Source: an uncultured Nitrospiraceae bacterium | GTDB taxonomy: Bacteria > Nitrospirota > Thermodesulfovibrionia > Thermodesulfovibrionales > Dissulfurispiraceae | Reading direction: 5' to 3' | Length of the DNA stretch: 64,000 nucleotides | NCBI GenBank assembly: GCA_963705105.1 | Contig: CAVPIW010000012.1 | Span: 160,001 to 224,000, forward strand | Shown: piece after piece, positions 1 to 10,279 of the stretch | Numbering within the stretch: position 1 is the stretch's first letter | Layout of the letters: the number at the start of each line of letters is the position of its first letter | Notes under the pieces: generated by a model | What the model saw: only the letters and a program-made list of their open reading frames with translations | The model's database searches: none | What the model was told of the DNA's origin: nothing | Position numbers and translations under genes: made by a program

Positions 1-36
1 CAAAAATAAAAAAAAAAAAAATTTTTTTTTTTTTCT

Positions 37-183
37 TTAACAATTTAAAAAAAGGAAAAAACCCCAGGGAAGATAAAGGATAAAACCCCCATTGATGGAA
101 TTCAAAATCCGTGGGCCAACTAGCCCAACAAACAAGCCAACCAAGGCAATCCAATCCATCCTTTTATCGGGTAAGATACTCAT
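37..183 (-). CDS. Integron cassette gene, small membrane protein (MSILPDKRMDW...), running into low-quality contig end
   Basis: ATG at 183 just after the attC core GTTATGC with AGGA upstream; hydrophobic; 3' end in poly-A/T noise. Confidence 0.4.
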   Translation of the reverse strand: MSILPDKRMDWIALVGLFVGLVGPRILNSINGGFILYLPWGFFLFLNC

Positions 184-193
184 TTTAATTCCT

Positions 194-274
194 GCATAAC
201 GCTTGGCATAACCGGCTGGCTTACAGCGGGCGAAGCCCGCTGTAAGCCAGTCCGTGTTGATGGATGGGTTAGCC
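194..274 (-). mobile_element. attC site
   Basis: Minus strand GGCTAAC...GTTATGC with long internal palindrome CTGGCTTACAGCGGGC-TTC-GCCCGCTGTAAGCCAG. Confidence 0.9.
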
Positions 275-672
275 GTGGGCATGCAGGTCGCCTCTTTTCG
301 GCTCTTTGCGCGAGCCCAATCGATCAGCCACCCAAGGCCGCCATAAACAGTTGCCCAAAAAACTGCATCAATTGCAGCCAAGTAGAGATGTCCAACGCCT
401 CCAACGACTTGATGCGAAGGAATGATGCCGAGAGCGATGGCCAAGTTATAACCAGGTGCACTGTGAAACATGGTGGACATTAGCCCAAGAATGCCAGGCA
501 CAAGACCTACATAAGGGATAAAGAACGTGGCGTACAGCCCCAGACTGAATGGCGAAATTACCGAACCAAGTGCGAGGCCAGAAATAAGAAATACACGGTT
601 CGGGTAGCGACGACGCGCGTAGCGAAACGCAATTATGGGAACAACTACTAGAAGAAGTAGGAGAAGGAGCAT
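275..672 (-). CDS. Integron cassette gene, multi-TM membrane protein
   Basis: ORF starting at 672 between two attC sites; several hydrophobic segments; as assembled it has no stop before the attC. Confidence 0.7.
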
Positions 673-685
673 TGGCTACTTAAGC

Positions 686-774
686 GGCTAACGACGTCTT
701 TCAGCCGCCAGCGTAAGCAGTTTCACCAAAAACAAACTACGTTTATTGTGGTCGGCTGGAAAATTTTGTTGGGC
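686..774 (-). mobile_element. attC site
   Basis: Minus strand GCCCAAC...GTTAGCC, inner CAGCCG/CGGCTG arms; its GTTAGCC complements GGCTAAC of the attC at 194-274. Confidence 0.85.
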
Positions 775-1030
775 ATTTTATTTGGTGTCTTTTCCATTAT
801 TCTTCTTAGCCCGAAGTGTATTGACTATAACACCACTACCATACGCAATTGAAAGACTCATTGGGAGGGATAAGGCTGCGACAGATGCGCTCATAATGGG
901 TAGCCACATTAAATTCTTAGCTGCATGCACCGAATCAGTGAGCGCAAAATACGCAAAAGTAGATATGCATATGATCTCTGAAATTATACCGCTCCATATT
1001 AAACCTTTGATGAATGACAAAAGTAAATGC

Positions 1031-2306
1031 TGAGGTAGGATGGAAAAAGTGGACACCAAAGTCGGTAAATTAAGAAAGACGGAGGTGTCAGAATGAAAGG
1101 GATTCCGCAAGGACGGTACACGAAGGAATTTCGAGAGGAAGCAGTGAAGATGATTGTGGAGACAGGCATGTCATTACCTGAAGTGGCCCATCGGTTGTCG
1201 TTGCCGCCATCTACGTTGGGCAACTGGGTCAAGGCGTATAAGGCCGGCAAACTCAAGGACATCGGCAAGAACTATCGGCCCCTCACCGAGATAGAGATGG
1301 AACTGGCAAGAGTCAAGAAAGAGCTTATAGAGACGAGGATGGAGCGGGACCTGTTAAAAAAGCGGCCGCGTACTTTGCGAGGGAGTCGCAGCCAGGTACG
1401 CGATGATGAATGAATTGCGACTCGAGTATCCGATCCCGTTTATGAGCCGTGTTTTTGATGTATCGGCGAGCGGTTATTTTGCCTGGGTCAGTCGGCCCGC
1501 GTCCGCCCATGCCAAAGAGGAGGCGCGGTTGGAGGTCGAGATACAGGCGGCACACGAGCGCACACGAGGGACGTATGGTGCGGAGCGTCTGCAGAAGGAT
1601 TTGGCAGCCCACGGGGTGAAAGCAGGAGTGAGCCGAATGAAGGGATACGCAGGAAATTGGGGATACGGTGCAAACAAAAGCGGCGGTTCAAGGTCACAAC
1701 GGACTCGCGGCATACGTTACCTGTGGCGGACAATCTGCTACAGCAAGACTTTGAGGCGACGGCACCGGGCCGCGTGTGGGTCAGCGACATCACGTATATC
1801 CCGACGGAGGAAGGGTGGCTATATCTTGCAGCGCATAAGGACCTTTTTGCGGGAGAGATTGTCGGGTATGCGATGGGGGAGAGGATAACACAGAACCTTG
1901 TCAGGGAATCGTTGTTACGAGCAATCTGGGCGAAACATCCTCCTGCAGAGCTCATACACCACTCTTACCGGGGCAGTCAGATTGTGCGCATGACTACAGG
2001 AAGCTGCTGAAACACTGAAGATGAATGCCTCGATGAGCGGGACGGGCAACTGCTATGACAACGCGCCGATGGAGAGCTTCTGGGGAGTGTTCAAAAGTGA
2101 ACTTGTGCATCACAGGCGGTCTGAGGCAGAGGACGAGAGGCGATTCGGGAGATCACCGAGTATATCAAGAGGTGTTCTACAAATCGGCAGCGGCGGCGGG
2201 CAAGACTTGGGTATACTTGGCCTCCCTACTCTTTTTGAAAAAGCATACCATATGAATGCACAGGCAGCATGAGAGGTTTGGTGTCCACTATTGACAACCG
2301 ACCCCA
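1031..2306 (+). mobile_element. IS3-family insertion sequence (orfA 1093-~1380, frameshifted orfB to ~2272)
   Basis: TG...CA ends with IRs TGAGGTAGGATGGAAAAAGTGGACACC / TGGGGTCGGTTGTCAATAGTGGACACC; HTH orfA; A6G slippery site at 1356-1362; orfB motifs WVSDITYI and GNCYDNAPMESF. Confidence 0.9.
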
Positions 2307-3093
2307 GGGTCAGTCGGCCCGCGTCCGCCCATGCCAAAGAGGAGGCGCGGTTGGAGGTGAGAGAATACAGGCAGCACACGGCAAGGTCCCCGAGGGACGT
2401 ATGGTCCGGAGCGTCTGCAGAAGGATTTGGCAGCCCAGCAGGGGTGAAAGCAGGAGTGAGCCGGATCAAGAAGAGGATACGCAGGAAATTGGGGATACGG
2501 TGCAAACAAAGAACGGGGAGTTTGAGGTTCACAACGGACTCGCGGCATACGTTACCTGTGGCGGACAATCTGCTACAGCAAGACTTTGAGGCAACAGCAC
2601 CGGGCCGCGTGTGGGTCAGCGACATCACGTATATCCAAACAAGGAGGAAGGGTGGCCATATCTTGCAGCGCATAAGGACCTTTTTGCGGGAGAGATCTGG
2701 GGTATGCGATGGGGGAAAGGATGACACAGAACCTTGTAGGGAATCGTTGTTACGAGCGATCTGGGCGAAACGTCCTCCTGCAGGGAGACTGATACACCAC
2801 TCTGACCGGGGCCATCAGTATTGTGCGCATGACTGCGGGAGCTGCTGAAACACTTGAAGATGAATGCCTCAATGGGCAAAGGCGGACTTGTTATGACAAC
2901 GCGGGGGTGAAGCTTGTCGGGAGTGTTGAGAAAAATAAACTATAATCACAGCAACGAGCAGTAGGAAATAACGGTGAAAACGATCCAGTGAGGCAGAAAA
3001 GCTTCATTATAATTCACCACTGCTTTTGTAAAAGCCTACTACTCCATCTGATCCCACCAGGTGAGAGGTTAGATAAACATTTTAGAACGACCC
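2307..3093 (+). mobile_element. Degraded tandem duplicate of the 3' part of the same IS3 element
   Basis: Sequence from 2307 repeats 1485 onward (GGGTCAGTCGGCCCGCGTCC...), with more indels toward the end. Confidence 0.75.
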
Positions 3094-3230
3094 AGACTGA
3101 ATGATCTTAGGGTCTAGGTTGACCAGGCTTACAATGACTGAGCAAGCTGAGAGGAAATAATTCCTTTAATTGGGATATGCCATTGTTTTCCAGTAAATTA
3201 TTATTTGAAAATCTTCTCATTTCCTCATTA

Positions 3231-5832
3231 GAGGCCAGATAAAAAGTGTGTAAATGGGTGAAAAGGCGGTGTATCCTTAATCTGTTGACTTGGAACAAGA
3301 ACAGAGAAAGGAGACACCACCATGGAAAAGAGTATCAGCGAGGCGGTCGAGCCGTCAAAGGCGACATACGAGGCATTGAAAAGATAGTTCGGCAGAGAGT
3401 TCAGGAGGATATTCAGACATATGGAGGAAGAAGTCGAGATATTTTTAGGGAGGAGCAAATCCGAGAGGATCAAGAAGGTGGACGGCACCGGGGGCAGTGG
3501 AACGGACACGGGAAGCGGAAGAAGTTCAGGCTGATGAACGGGACGAGATGCCGGCGGCCCCGTGTGCGCGGAGCAGAGAGAGATTTGAGAGCGCGGTGTT
3601 GCCTTTTTACATGGTCGGTCAAAGAAGTGGGGCAGTTCCTGCCGGAACTGTATCTCCACGGACTTGCGCAGGGGGATTTTGAACTTAGTGCTTCGGGGGT
3701 TATTGGGAGAATGGGCGGCGTTGTCGTCCTCGTCGATCCAGCGGCTGAAGGGCAAGTGGTGGTGCGAATACGACGAGTGGAAGGGTCAAGATCTTTCCGG
3801 GCTTGAGGTGTCTATCAGTCGGCGAACCGGATATAGGTGAAGGCCGGATAGGAGAAGGACAAAGCAGCATTGCTGGTGATCTTCGGTGCACTGGTGACAG
3901 CGGAAAAGGCGCTATTGGCCTGCAAGAGCGGGTATCGGAGAGCAGGAATCCTCGGCGGCGGACCTGAGGGATTGACCGCTGGGGACTGAAGCTGGCACAT
4001 TGACGGTTGCCGATGGCCATTTGGGAATATGGTCAGCTTGGTGAGCTTCATCCCAAGGGCAAAGAGCAGCGGTGCTGGAACCATAAGATAACCAACGTGC
4101 TGGATGCGATGCCCAAGAGGATACGTGCCGAGGCGGGAGAGTATCTCACCAGGATACCCTATGGGAGACGCAGGAAGTGTGGAGGCTCCGGGACAGCTTT
4201 ATCAGCCGGTATGGGAGGGATTTCCCGAAGGCGACGAAGACCCTGAGGAGAGATTGGGAGCGAATGGTGACGTTCTATTCATTGCGAAAGAGCACTGGGT
4301 GCATATCAGGACGACCAATGTGGTGGAGTCACCGTTCAGCGCGGTGCGTTTGAGAACGGATGCGGCGAAGCGGTATAGGAAAGTCCAAAACGCGACGGCA
4401 ATGATCTGGAAGTTGCTGGGAGTCGCTGAGAAGAGATCCGCAGTTCAAGGGATATTGGTTACTCAGGGATGTCTACGAGGGGAAGCTCTTGGCGGTGACC
4501 CCAAAAACTGGACAGTGTGCTAAGCTCTGATTCAGACCACTCATGGAGGAGCTGAGATGAGCAAGAAACGAAAGCAACACAGTTCCCAATTCAAGGCGAA
4601 GGTCGCGCTGGCCGCATTACAGAACGAAGAGACCGCTCAACTGGCCAGTCGCTTCGACATCCACCCGACAATGATCTCCACCTGGAAGCGGCGGCTGCTC
4701 GACAGCGCCGCTGAGCTTTTCGACAAGAACCACAAGTCCCGCAAGCAGGTCGAGGGCCAGTTCGATGGCTCTACCCGCAGTTGGCCGGTCAAGGTAGAAA
4801 ACGATTTTTTAGCACGAAAGCTCGCTCTTGAGCAGCCAGCAGCGAAAGCAGATGATCGAACCTGAACTTCGCGAGCCGAGCATCTCCCGCCAATGCCAGT
4901 TGCTGGGATTGAGCCGGTCCTCGTTCTACTATGAGCCGTGCCCGGTTAATCCCGAGGACCTGGACCTCATGCGCCTGATCGACGAGCAGTACCTGAAGAC
5001 CCCGACCTACGGCAGCCGGTCGATGGCGCGGTATTTCCGCCGACAGGGCCGTAAGGTAAACCGCGAACGCATCCAGCGGCTGATGCGACTGATGGGCATC
5101 GAGGCGATCTACCCCTAGCCGGCACCAACCAGCCCGTCGGGGCACAAAATTTATCCTATGTGCTCAGGGACCTGAGGATCGACCATGCCAACAAGGTGTG
5201 GGCACTCAATCACGTACGTTCCTATGGCACGTGGCTTTATGTACTGGTGGCGGTCATGGACTGGCACAGCCGAAAATTGTCCTGGCGTCTTCCAATACCT
5301 GGACACGGATTCTGCGATCAGGGCCTCTGGAAGCCCTGAGCAGCTATGGGCGGCGGAAAATTTTCAACACGGATCAAGGAGCCAGTTAACGAGCAAAGTT
5401 TCACTCAAATCCTCAAGGACCAGGAGTCGCGATCAGTATGGACGGCCGTGGTAGGTCCCAGGACAACATCTTTGTTGAACGGCTATGGTGGACCATCAAA
5501 CATCACTACCTTTACCTGCATTCGTTCGGCGGCGGTTCTGAGTTGCGTCAGGGGTTAACCAACTGGATACGCTTTACAACGAACAGCGCGGGCACTGTTC
5601 TCTTGACGACCGTACCCCGGATGAGGTTTACTATGGACTGCCTCACCCATTCGCCGAGGCTGCCTGATGCTTCATAAAGAATTTAACAATGAACTCAGAG
5701 CTTATCCCACCCATCAGGCTGTCCAAACAATAGGGTCCACCGCCTTCACTGACGGCGTTGCCATCGAGCAGGAAGGGTCTGTCGAAAGGATCGCCGCCTG
5801 ATGGCTTTTTACACACCTATTGACATGACCTC
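3231..5832 (+). mobile_element. IS256-family insertion sequence, frameshifted, interrupted by a nested IS3-family element
   Basis: IRs GAGGCCAGATAAAAAGTGTGTAAA / GAGGTCATGTCAATAGGTGTGTAAA; transposase fragments LPELYLHGLAQGDFE, QRCWNHK, HIRTTNVVESPF. Confidence 0.85.
4491..5744 (+). mobile_element. IS3-family insertion sequence nested in the IS256 transposase 3' end
   Basis: IRs GGCGGTGACCCCAAAAACTGGACAG / GGCGGTGGACCCTATTGTTTGGACAG; orfA MSKKRKQHSSQFKAKVAL; orfB DNIFVERLWWTIK; flanked by a (C)TT duplication. Confidence 0.85.
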
Positions 5833-5857
5833 TATTCATATCCTTTGGTCAATATGT

Positions 5858-5951
5858 GCATAACGCTGATGCTAAGGGGCGCGGAGCAACCACGCCAGAA
5901 CTGAAAATGAAAAACGGCAATCCTGCATCCCTCTTTAGCACCTTGTTATGT
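5858..5951 (-). mobile_element. attC site
   Basis: Minus strand ACATAAC...GTTATGC with inner GCTAAAGAGGGATGC / GCGCCCCTTAGC arms. Confidence 0.85.
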
Positions 5952-6914
5952 TTAGCCTTTCATTCTTATTGTCAGCAGTGCCAGCAGAACGCCAATTGCG
6001 CTCAGTCCCAAAATAATAATTCATGTTGGCGACCTGTAATAATGCCTTTTGATAGGATGCACTTTTCCATACCCATTTTGCATATGGAATCATAGCTGCA
6101 AGAAACATGACGTTAAGACCGACAAGCACGATTCCATTCCGTAAATCAGTCTCCTCAGATTTCAGCATGAAAACCGTCGAAATCTGAAAAACCACTAAGA
6201 TAAACAATAGGATGTCAAATATAAATTGTTCTTGTTTATTCCAATACATAACAACCGAAATGAGGCGCAGGGGCAAAGACCTGAAACTGAAAAAGAACAG
6301 GCGTTATTCCCTGTCGCCGCGATTTTTTTGTTAAGGCTCTCCCTCTTTTTGTTGTTTTCTATTCTTCATTTATTGCAGAGATATGAGCCAGCGAAGGCAA
6401 AAAAATAAGTCGCGAGAAACTGGCCAACCAATACCATTATAATTTTCTGATTGAGCGATATGTGAAGAATAGATTGAAACCGGATGACTGGATCGTTTAC
6501 GGCAAAGGAAATACCGGGAGAATACCTGCGAATATCCATGTTTTTGTCAATGCACCGCTGATTAGTCCGATTAAGCCAAATACGATTAGACAGACGAAAA
6601 AGGCTGAGCCAAAGGTTACGATTTCCTCCATTTTTACAGATTGCATAATTATATTTTCAAACTCCTTTTTGTCCTCGGGAGAGAGATTTCAAGCCAGGCT
6701 TTGCTTTCGCTTCTTGAGGCTGATTCGGAAATGCCGTGCTTTTTCATGAATGCGGTTACTTCATTTAATTTTGATGGATTTGAAATGGCTTGCCAATCTT
6801 TATGCCGCCAAGTGCGCCATGCAAACCACCCCATACACCCTCCGTAAGAAGCCACATGACCGGAATTAGCAACAGATAGACAATGAGCAGCCTTTTATAA
6901 GTATCCTTATTCAT
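5952..6914 (-). pseudogene. Cassette gene, multi-TM membrane protein, frameshifted (probably sequencing indels)
   Basis: AT-rich hydrophobic coding fragments in different frames filling the space between two attC sites. Confidence 0.5.
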
Positions 6915-6925
6915 ATTTATTTGCA

Positions 6926-7016
6926 CCTTAACGAAATGGCTGAGCCGCAGGGGAAATATAATTAATAAAAAAATACCTACAGTTAATCCCCTGGCGGATC
7001 GAGCCAGGTGTTATCT
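6926..7016 (-). mobile_element. attC site
   Basis: Minus strand AGATAAC...GTTAAGG with CCGCCAGGGGA / TCCCCTGCGG arms. Confidence 0.8.
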
Positions 7017-7032
7017 TTTGAGTTTTATTTTT

Positions 7033-7257
7033 TCATTGTTTGTTTTTATTCTTGTAGCCAAAAAGGACAAGGCCGGCAAGACCGCCTAATATTGCAGAAG
7101 CAAATGTGGCCATGAACCACCAGCCGTATGGATTCCAGCCTTCAGTTTTGTCCAAGATATAGAAACATACACCAGTAATAATGGTAGCGAGGACCATTCC
7201 CGAAATGACGAAGAGGATAGGATTTCCTTTTTTAGTATTTTGCCCTATATATTCCAT
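7033..7257 (-). CDS. Cassette gene, 74-aa two-TM membrane protein
   Basis: Intact ORF between attC sites whose cores (AGATAAC/GTTATCT) are complementary. Confidence 0.8.
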   Translation of the reverse strand: MEYIGQNTKKGNPILFVISGMVLATIITGVCFYILDKTEGWNPYGWWFMATFASAILGGLAGLVLFGYKNKNKQ

Positions 7258-7276
7258 TTGTCTTATTTAATTTTGA

Positions 7277-7366
7277 AGATAACGCCGCGATTCATCGAGT
7301 CGCGGCAAGTAAAGTCTCCATTTCGACGGCCGTCGACCGCGACTTCGATGCAATCGATTGTTCGTC
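7277..7366 (-). mobile_element. attC site
   Basis: Minus strand GACGAAC...GTTATCT with CATCGAAGTCGCGG / CCGCGACTCGATG arms (one extra-helical base). Confidence 0.9.
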
Positions 7367-7368
7367 GA

Positions 7369-7776
7369 TCATTCGGAGTTGCGCGTTCGGTTAGGCCATC
7401 CTCGCGTAGCACCTGGTCCATCTGGAGGATCGGTCAAGTATACCGCACGAATGGGTTCTGCAATTGGCGTAAACGATGGATCATTTACATCAATCGGCGT
7501 CCGCGTGCCACGGAAGTACACGGTTCCGCCATGAGCAAGGAATGCTCGTAGTGCCTTGCGAACCAATTCGATCGCAAGGCACAACGATTGAAACGAGTCT
7601 TCGCCACCATGTCGAGTTTCGGGAAACAAGGGTTCCAACGCAACGGGACATTCAACGTAACTTCTTCCGCTTGTATTCGTTCGTTCCAGAGGACGACCGA
7701 TTTCTAGCGTCGCGACAAAATCTACGCCGTGTTTGTCACGGCAGTCAAAAGTTGTTGTCGCAATGATCTCTTCCAT
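7369..7776 (-). CDS. Cassette gene, hypothetical protein (135 aa)
   Basis: Intact ORF bounded by attC sites. Confidence 0.8.
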   Translation of the reverse strand: MEEIIATTTFDCRDKHGVDFVATLEIGRPLERTNTSGRSYVECPVALEPLFPETRHGGEDSFQSLCLAIELVRKALRAFLAHGGTVYFRGTRTPIDVNDPSFTPIAEPIRAVYLTDPPDGPGATRGWPNRTRNSE

Positions 7777-7787
7777 TGGTTTAATTC

Positions 7788-7845
7788 GACGAACGATTGA
7801 AATCAGCGGGGGCGATAAGCCATCCGCTGGAGTGATTTGTTATGC
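7788..7845 (-). mobile_element. attC site (short, 58 bp)
   Basis: Minus strand GCATAAC...GTTCGTC with CAGCGG/CCGCTG stem. Confidence 0.85.
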
Positions 7846-7856
7846 ACGGAATTGCA

Positions 7857-8078
7857 TTACTTTGGTCGTGAAGTTGCTTCCGCTTTTGATTTTGCACAAG
7901 TTGTGCATACTATTTTCATTGGGTTCTTGGTTCTTGATAGTTGGTATAGTGCTCCAACTCCAAAACAGATCCTGCAGGTTAGTCTATTGCATTCCGTGCA
8001 AATACCGCCCCCGAGCGTATCGAAGTTTGCTCCGCAAACGTGGCATATCCAGGGTATAATCTCTTTTTTATTTTGCAT
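7857..8078 (-). CDS. Cassette gene, 73-aa Cys-rich putative zinc-finger protein
   Basis: Four CxxC motifs (CHVC, CTEC, CRIC, CTTC); bounded by attC sites. Confidence 0.75.
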   Translation of the reverse strand: MQNKKEIIPWICHVCGANFDTLGGGICTECNRLTCRICFGVGALYQLSRTKNPMKIVCTTCAKSKAEATSRPK

Positions 8079-8137
8079 AACATACGGCTCACCTGGAGCC
8101 GGCTTTTTCGGCGATCAGGTGCAGCCGGTCGTTGGGC
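8075..8137 (-). mobile_element. attC site
   Basis: Minus strand GCCCAAC GACCGGCTGCACCTGA...CCAGGTGAGCCG TAT GTTATGC. Confidence 0.9.
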
Positions 8138-8264
8138 AATTGTATCATTTCTTCTCCTTGTCTTCTGTCAAGGGCTGACCCCACTGCTCTCCTTGTTATT
8201 ATTCAGTATTCAGTTTCAGCTTGACAGGAGGAATACAGGATGTCCCCTATTTTCCCGCTCTTGC

Positions 8265-8942
8265 TCAATAGCCCGTTATTGACACCGGTATATCCGATCC
8301 GGGACTCACCCCTTTCTTTCCTTTCGTCTCACAGTCCCGCTTCTTATAGGTGCAAAAGGCCCCTGCCTTGTATCGGTTGGTCACATTCTTCCCATCCCAG
8401 CACACCGCCACCATCCCCAGGGTACTGGCATTGCATCGAGCCGGCTCGGGATTGGAGGAGCCTTCCAAAAGGACATCGTCATAGCCTTCACAGGGATCTC
8501 CGAGTGACTCGTAAACCCACCTCCTCAGGCTGGGAGGCTGGCTGGCTGAGCGCTCACCGCTATCAAACATCTCACTCTTGCCGAAGTCTCTAGGGAATAA
8601 CTCGATGTGTTTTGGTTTTACTCCAGAATGTTCAGCAATAAAGATCCTGACAATCGGTTGAGGACGAGGGCTGGTACGGCGGGCATCAAAAAAGACCTCA
8701 TTCCTCCCATAAAACAAGAAATTATACAAAGATTTCTTTGTATTTGGAGGAACCTCCTCCACTCTCTCTACATTGGAATGACGATCGGTTGAAATGACTG
8801 TTATTGTGGCATTGGTGTTGTTGTGGACAACCAGGACTTGAGATGATGCGGCAGCTAAACTGGGCAGGAGGTATAGTGATAATGTCACAATCATGAAGAC
8901 CATTGTCATGAGATTTAAAGCATTCCTGTAGATTCTATGCAT
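8265..8942 (-). CDS. Cassette gene, secreted hypothetical protein with Cys-containing C-terminal domain
   Basis: AGGAGG RBS before ATG 8942; signal-peptide-like N-terminus. Confidence 0.7.
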   Translation of the reverse strand: MHRIYRNALNLMTMVFMIVTLSLYLLPSLAAASSQVLVVHNNTNATITVISTDRHSNVERVEEVPPNTKKSLYNFLFYGRNEVFFDARRTSPRPQPIVRIFIAEHSGVKPKHIELFPRDFGKSEMFDSGERSASQPPSLRRWVYESLGDPCEGYDDVLLEGSSNPEPARCNASTLGMVAVCWDGKNVTNRYKAGAFCTYKKRDCETKGKKGVSPGSDIPVSITGY

Positions 8943-8995
8943 TCTGTTCCTCCTTTTTTGAGTTGCTCTCATTAATTTGGGCAGCAATGATTTCT

Positions 8996-9076
8996 TCCCA
9001 GCGCCCTGCTGGTTGTTGCAGCCACTCATTCTGATTCAGCCTTTCTGTAGCGAAGGCGGAGCATAACCTGTTGGCA
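8996..9076 (-). mobile_element. Possible degenerate attC site
   Basis: TGCCAAC after the TPR gene stop; the expected GTT core reads GCTGGGA; weak pairing. Confidence 0.3.
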
Positions 9077-9098
9077 ATGGAATCTTCGACGGACAACA

Positions 9099-9977
9099 CT
9101 ATTGTCTCTCCTCCGCTGCGAGCATGAGATATATGAAAGCCGTTGCCTCTATATGCATTTCCCCGTTCCCGAAGCTGTCTAGACATTCGTGAATCTTCGT
9201 ACCGAAGGTATTGGCAGCCTTTCTGAGCGCACCTCGATCTTGAGCTGACATTCGGCAAATGAAATACTCCCGGCAACAATCATCACCGATGCCATATCGC
9301 AAGGCCAACGGTATCAGTGTGGCGAACTGACTCGGAATGTTATTCGTTCTGAATGACTTGTTGAGAGTGTCACGAAATTGCCGGCAGACTGTCGACTCGT
9401 CTTGGCGCAACTGGCTCCTTCGTGTAGCACTGTGAGAATTGAGAATTCTTTCTTTCTCGTCCCATACCCACGAATCAAGTAAGTGGCGAGTACGGATGAA
9501 GGCGTTCCGAACCACAGTCTCCGGATCAGCGTCGAGACCAGCACTTAAGAGGCCTCTTCTAACTGAGGCAACGTCAACCCCTCGGCGCTGTGCAGCCGAT
9601 GCAATAAGTCGTATGGTGTCTTCCGTGCGCCCAGTCAAGCACATCAGCGTAATGAAGTACACTTCATAGATTCGATTGCGGGGATTGAGGCTAATATGTG
9701 CCTTGCCCCATTCAGCAGTTGCCTCTGCCATGGACTTGTCATTGTCAACAAGAAGTCTCCCCAGTGCTGCATGAGCTCTTACATGTCTTGGTGATAGTGC
9801 TATTGTCTTGCGGAGAGACTGAATGGCTTTGACACGTGATGCTTTGTTGTTGGTTCGCAGGTGCCTGTTCAGCAGTAAGATGCCCAGCTCGTATTGAGCC
9901 ACTGCCCTATCAGGAGCAGAATCCGCCGCCTCCTGAAACTGCGATAGTTCCTTCATGGTGAGATCAGGATTATTCAC
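9099..9977 (-). CDS. First cassette gene, TPR-containing protein
   Basis: TPR-like helices (AVAQYELGILLL, RAHAALGRLL) in the N-terminal half. Confidence 0.75.
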   Translation of the reverse strand: MNNPDLTMKELSQFQEAADSAPDRAVAQYELGILLLNRHLRTNNKASRVKAIQSLRKTIALSPRHVRAHAALGRLLVDNDKSMAEATAEWGKAHISLNPRNRIYEVYFITLMCLTGRTEDTIRLIASAAQRRGVDVASVRRGLLSAGLDADPETVVRNAFIRTRHLLDSWVWDEKERILNSHSATRRSQLRQDESTVCRQFRDTLNKSFRTNNIPSQFATLIPLALRYGIGDDCCREYFICRMSAQDRGALRKAANTFGTKIHECLDSFGNGEMHIEATAFIYLMLAAEERQ

Positions 9978-10007
9978 GGGTCATCTCGAAGTCATGTCCT
10001 TTGTTCT

Positions 10008-10125
10008 GCCCAACAGCGGCCCCTGATGGGGCGAGGCCTCCTTATTGTCGTTCATAGTCCCTGCCCATTGTATTTGTCGTTATTTATCGTGGGCAGGGAT
10101 ATTTTAAATATCCTCGCCCCATCAA
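10008..10125 (-). mobile_element. Putative attI region (crossover core GTTGGGC at 10008-10014)
   Basis: GTTRRRY core lying between the intI start and the first cassette. Confidence 0.5.
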
Positions 10126-10279
10126 TTAATATGGCAAATCGGTATTTCTTTCATCCCATAACTTTACCACAAAAAGCGCCGATAACCAAAGAAAAAAGAA
10201 AATACATTAAAACAACGGAAACGAATTTGAGTTTATGGTAAATTGTGGTAATATATAGAAAAGATAAAGTTGGTATATT

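Larger units (their letters stand above)
778..5839 (-). pseudogene. Cassette membrane-protein gene interrupted by IS elements (pieces about 5833-5839, 3094-3230, 778-1030)
   Basis: ATG at 5839 with AAAGGA RBS right after attC 5858; AT-rich fragments lie between IS ends; hydrophobic 3' part ends at 778 before attC 686-774. Confidence 0.55.

Noticed and set aside
1..60. Poly-A/poly-T palindrome at the window start
   Set aside because: Looks like low-quality contig-end sequence, not a telomere or terminator I can support
1403..5700. Many frameshifts in the IS transposases as programmed recoding
   Set aside because: Apart from the canonical orfA/orfB sites, indels are too many and look like read error or decay
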